A DNA stretch of 63,585 bases from Octopus bimaculoides (Eukaryota), in assembly GCF_001194135.2 (NCBI RefSeq), contig NC_068983.1:124560668-124624252 (forward strand). Reading direction: 5' to 3'. The position numbers were made by a program, and so were the translations under genes. How positions within the stretch are numbered: position 1 is the first letter of the stretch; every line of letters starts with the position of its first letter. Of the stretch, positions 62,380 to 63,585 are shown one piece after another. The notes under the pieces are model-generated. The model saw nothing but the letters and a program-made list of their open reading frames with translations, was not told the origin of the DNA and made no database searches.

Positions 62380-62380
<1 letters not shown>
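61830..62380 (+). mobile_element. 5'-truncated R4/Dong-like LINE 3' end (REL endonuclease) with (AAT)n tail
   Basis: YLHWLLCRKY...KWYEHVP...TDRVIEHCWPDII...VIPVVIGALG...LQKASLLGTAHILRKVLSV*; 3' UTR 62314-62380. Confidence 0.88.
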
Positions 62381-62441
<61 letters not shown>

Positions 62442-62571
62442 TAATAATAATAATAATAACAATAATCCTTTCTACTAATTTTTTGTTTGTATTTTCTTTG
62501 CCTCTTACTATTTTGTTGAAAGCTGGCTGAATAACAACAACAACAATAATAATAATATTAATAACATTCAG

Positions 62572-62647
62572 ACTGACAGAATAATATAAGCTGGAAAGCC
62601 TAATTTGGTGGTGGTAGTAGTAGTAGTAGCAGCAGCAGTAGCAGCAG

Positions 62648-62707
<60 letters not shown>

Positions 62708-63110
62708 ATAAAAAGAATAGAAAGTGCCAGATAATGACTTTACAGTCCCAAAGATGAAAAAATAAATATTAGGGGTATAGAAAAACTAGCAAAGTACCAG
62801 GCCCTAGCTATTGAATTAAAGATACTATGGAAAGTGCGGGTGAAATGTATCTCAGTAGTTGTAGGTGCACTGGGAACTATCCCTAAAGATCTGAACAGAT
62901 TGATAGAGGAAATAGGCATAAAACACAGTTTCGTACAGCTCCAGAAAGCAGTGTTATTAGGGACAGCTAGGATACTTAGGAGGATTTTTGTCATCTAAGG
63001 TTAATTGCTGTAACCCAGTAGGAGAGTTCTTGGCATCTAGGGCTACTTGTTATACACCGATGTTAAGATTCTTTTCTTTTCCAACAGTCTAATCTGTCGT
63101 GTGTATATGA
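62572..63110 (+). mobile_element. Second 5'-truncated R4/Dong-like LINE 3' end (different subfamily)
   Basis: NIQTDRII.AGKPNLVVV[(GTA)n]DKKNRKC...KLAKYQALAIELK.LWK...SVVVGALG...LQKAVLLGTARILRRIF*. Confidence 0.88.
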
Positions 63111-63129
63111 AAATAATAATATTAATAAT

Positions 63130-63250
63130 ACTTTCTACTAAAGCACAAGGCATGGAATTTGCGGGAGGGGACTAATCGATTACACCGACCCCACTGTTTC
63201 ACTGGTACTTAATTTATCACCCCCGTAAGTCGACCTCAGCAGAATTGAAT
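63130..63250 (-). mobile_element. SINE family C 3' fragment (tail type 2)
   Basis: TACTTTCTACTAAAGCACAAGG...TAATCGATTACACCGACCCC...CTGGTACTTAATTTATC. Confidence 0.7.
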
Positions 63251-63320
63251 ATAATAATAATGATAATCAGTGTTACTTCGATGGCATACACTGCTCTCTC
63301 GCTCAGTTACAATGATGATG

Positions 63321-63380
<60 letters not shown>

Positions 63381-63383
<3 letters not shown>

Positions 63384-63585
63384 TGCTTTCTAATTGATGT
63401 ATCAATACCAGCAGATGACAACGTTTCTCTAAAAGAAATGGAAAAACTTTCAAAATACAAAGACCTGGAAATAGAGATAACTCGAATGTGGAATCTAAAA
63501 ACAGAAACAATTCCTATCATAGTAGGTGCCTTAGGTATAATAAAAAAATATTCAGACAAATACATAACAAAAATAGCAGGACTTA
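63381..63585 (+). mobile_element. Third R4/Dong-like REL fragment, runs off the window end
   Basis: KCFLIDVSIPADDNVSLKEMEKLSKYKDLEIEITRMWNLKTETIPIIVGALG, directly after (TAA)n. Confidence 0.9.

Overview
Eukaryotic, AT-rich, repeat-saturated DNA with eight N-gaps, each flanked by simple or low-complexity repeats. The tRNA-derived SINE repertoire and microsatellite load suggest an octopus or other cephalopod genome (inference). I could not confidently identify any host protein-coding gene, rRNA, genuine tRNA or CRISPR array; most ORFs in the supplied track are microsatellite or N-gap artefacts. The window is a set of nested mobile-element remnants: two Penelope-like elements (one fairly intact, with RT YIDD and GIY-YIG); four hammerhead-ribozyme motifs of the Penelope pLTR type, two of them in tandem 296 nt apart; three copies of a Tc1-like DD36E transposon; a mariner/maT chimera; a Tx1/L1-like ORF1; HERO-like and several R4/Dong-like LINE fragments, the latter sitting in (TAA)n tracts; two Helitron-type and one Helentron-type non-autonomous elements; piggyBac, hAT and Tc1/mariner MITEs; and at least four SINE families, one forming head-to-tail arrays with swapped tails. 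The best candidate for an interesting system is the tandem hammerhead pair (retrozyme-like circRNA unit), which is linked by sequence to the 3' end of the Penelope element in the same window. All alignments and translations were done by eye; boundaries are approximate unless TSDs or TIRs are quoted.
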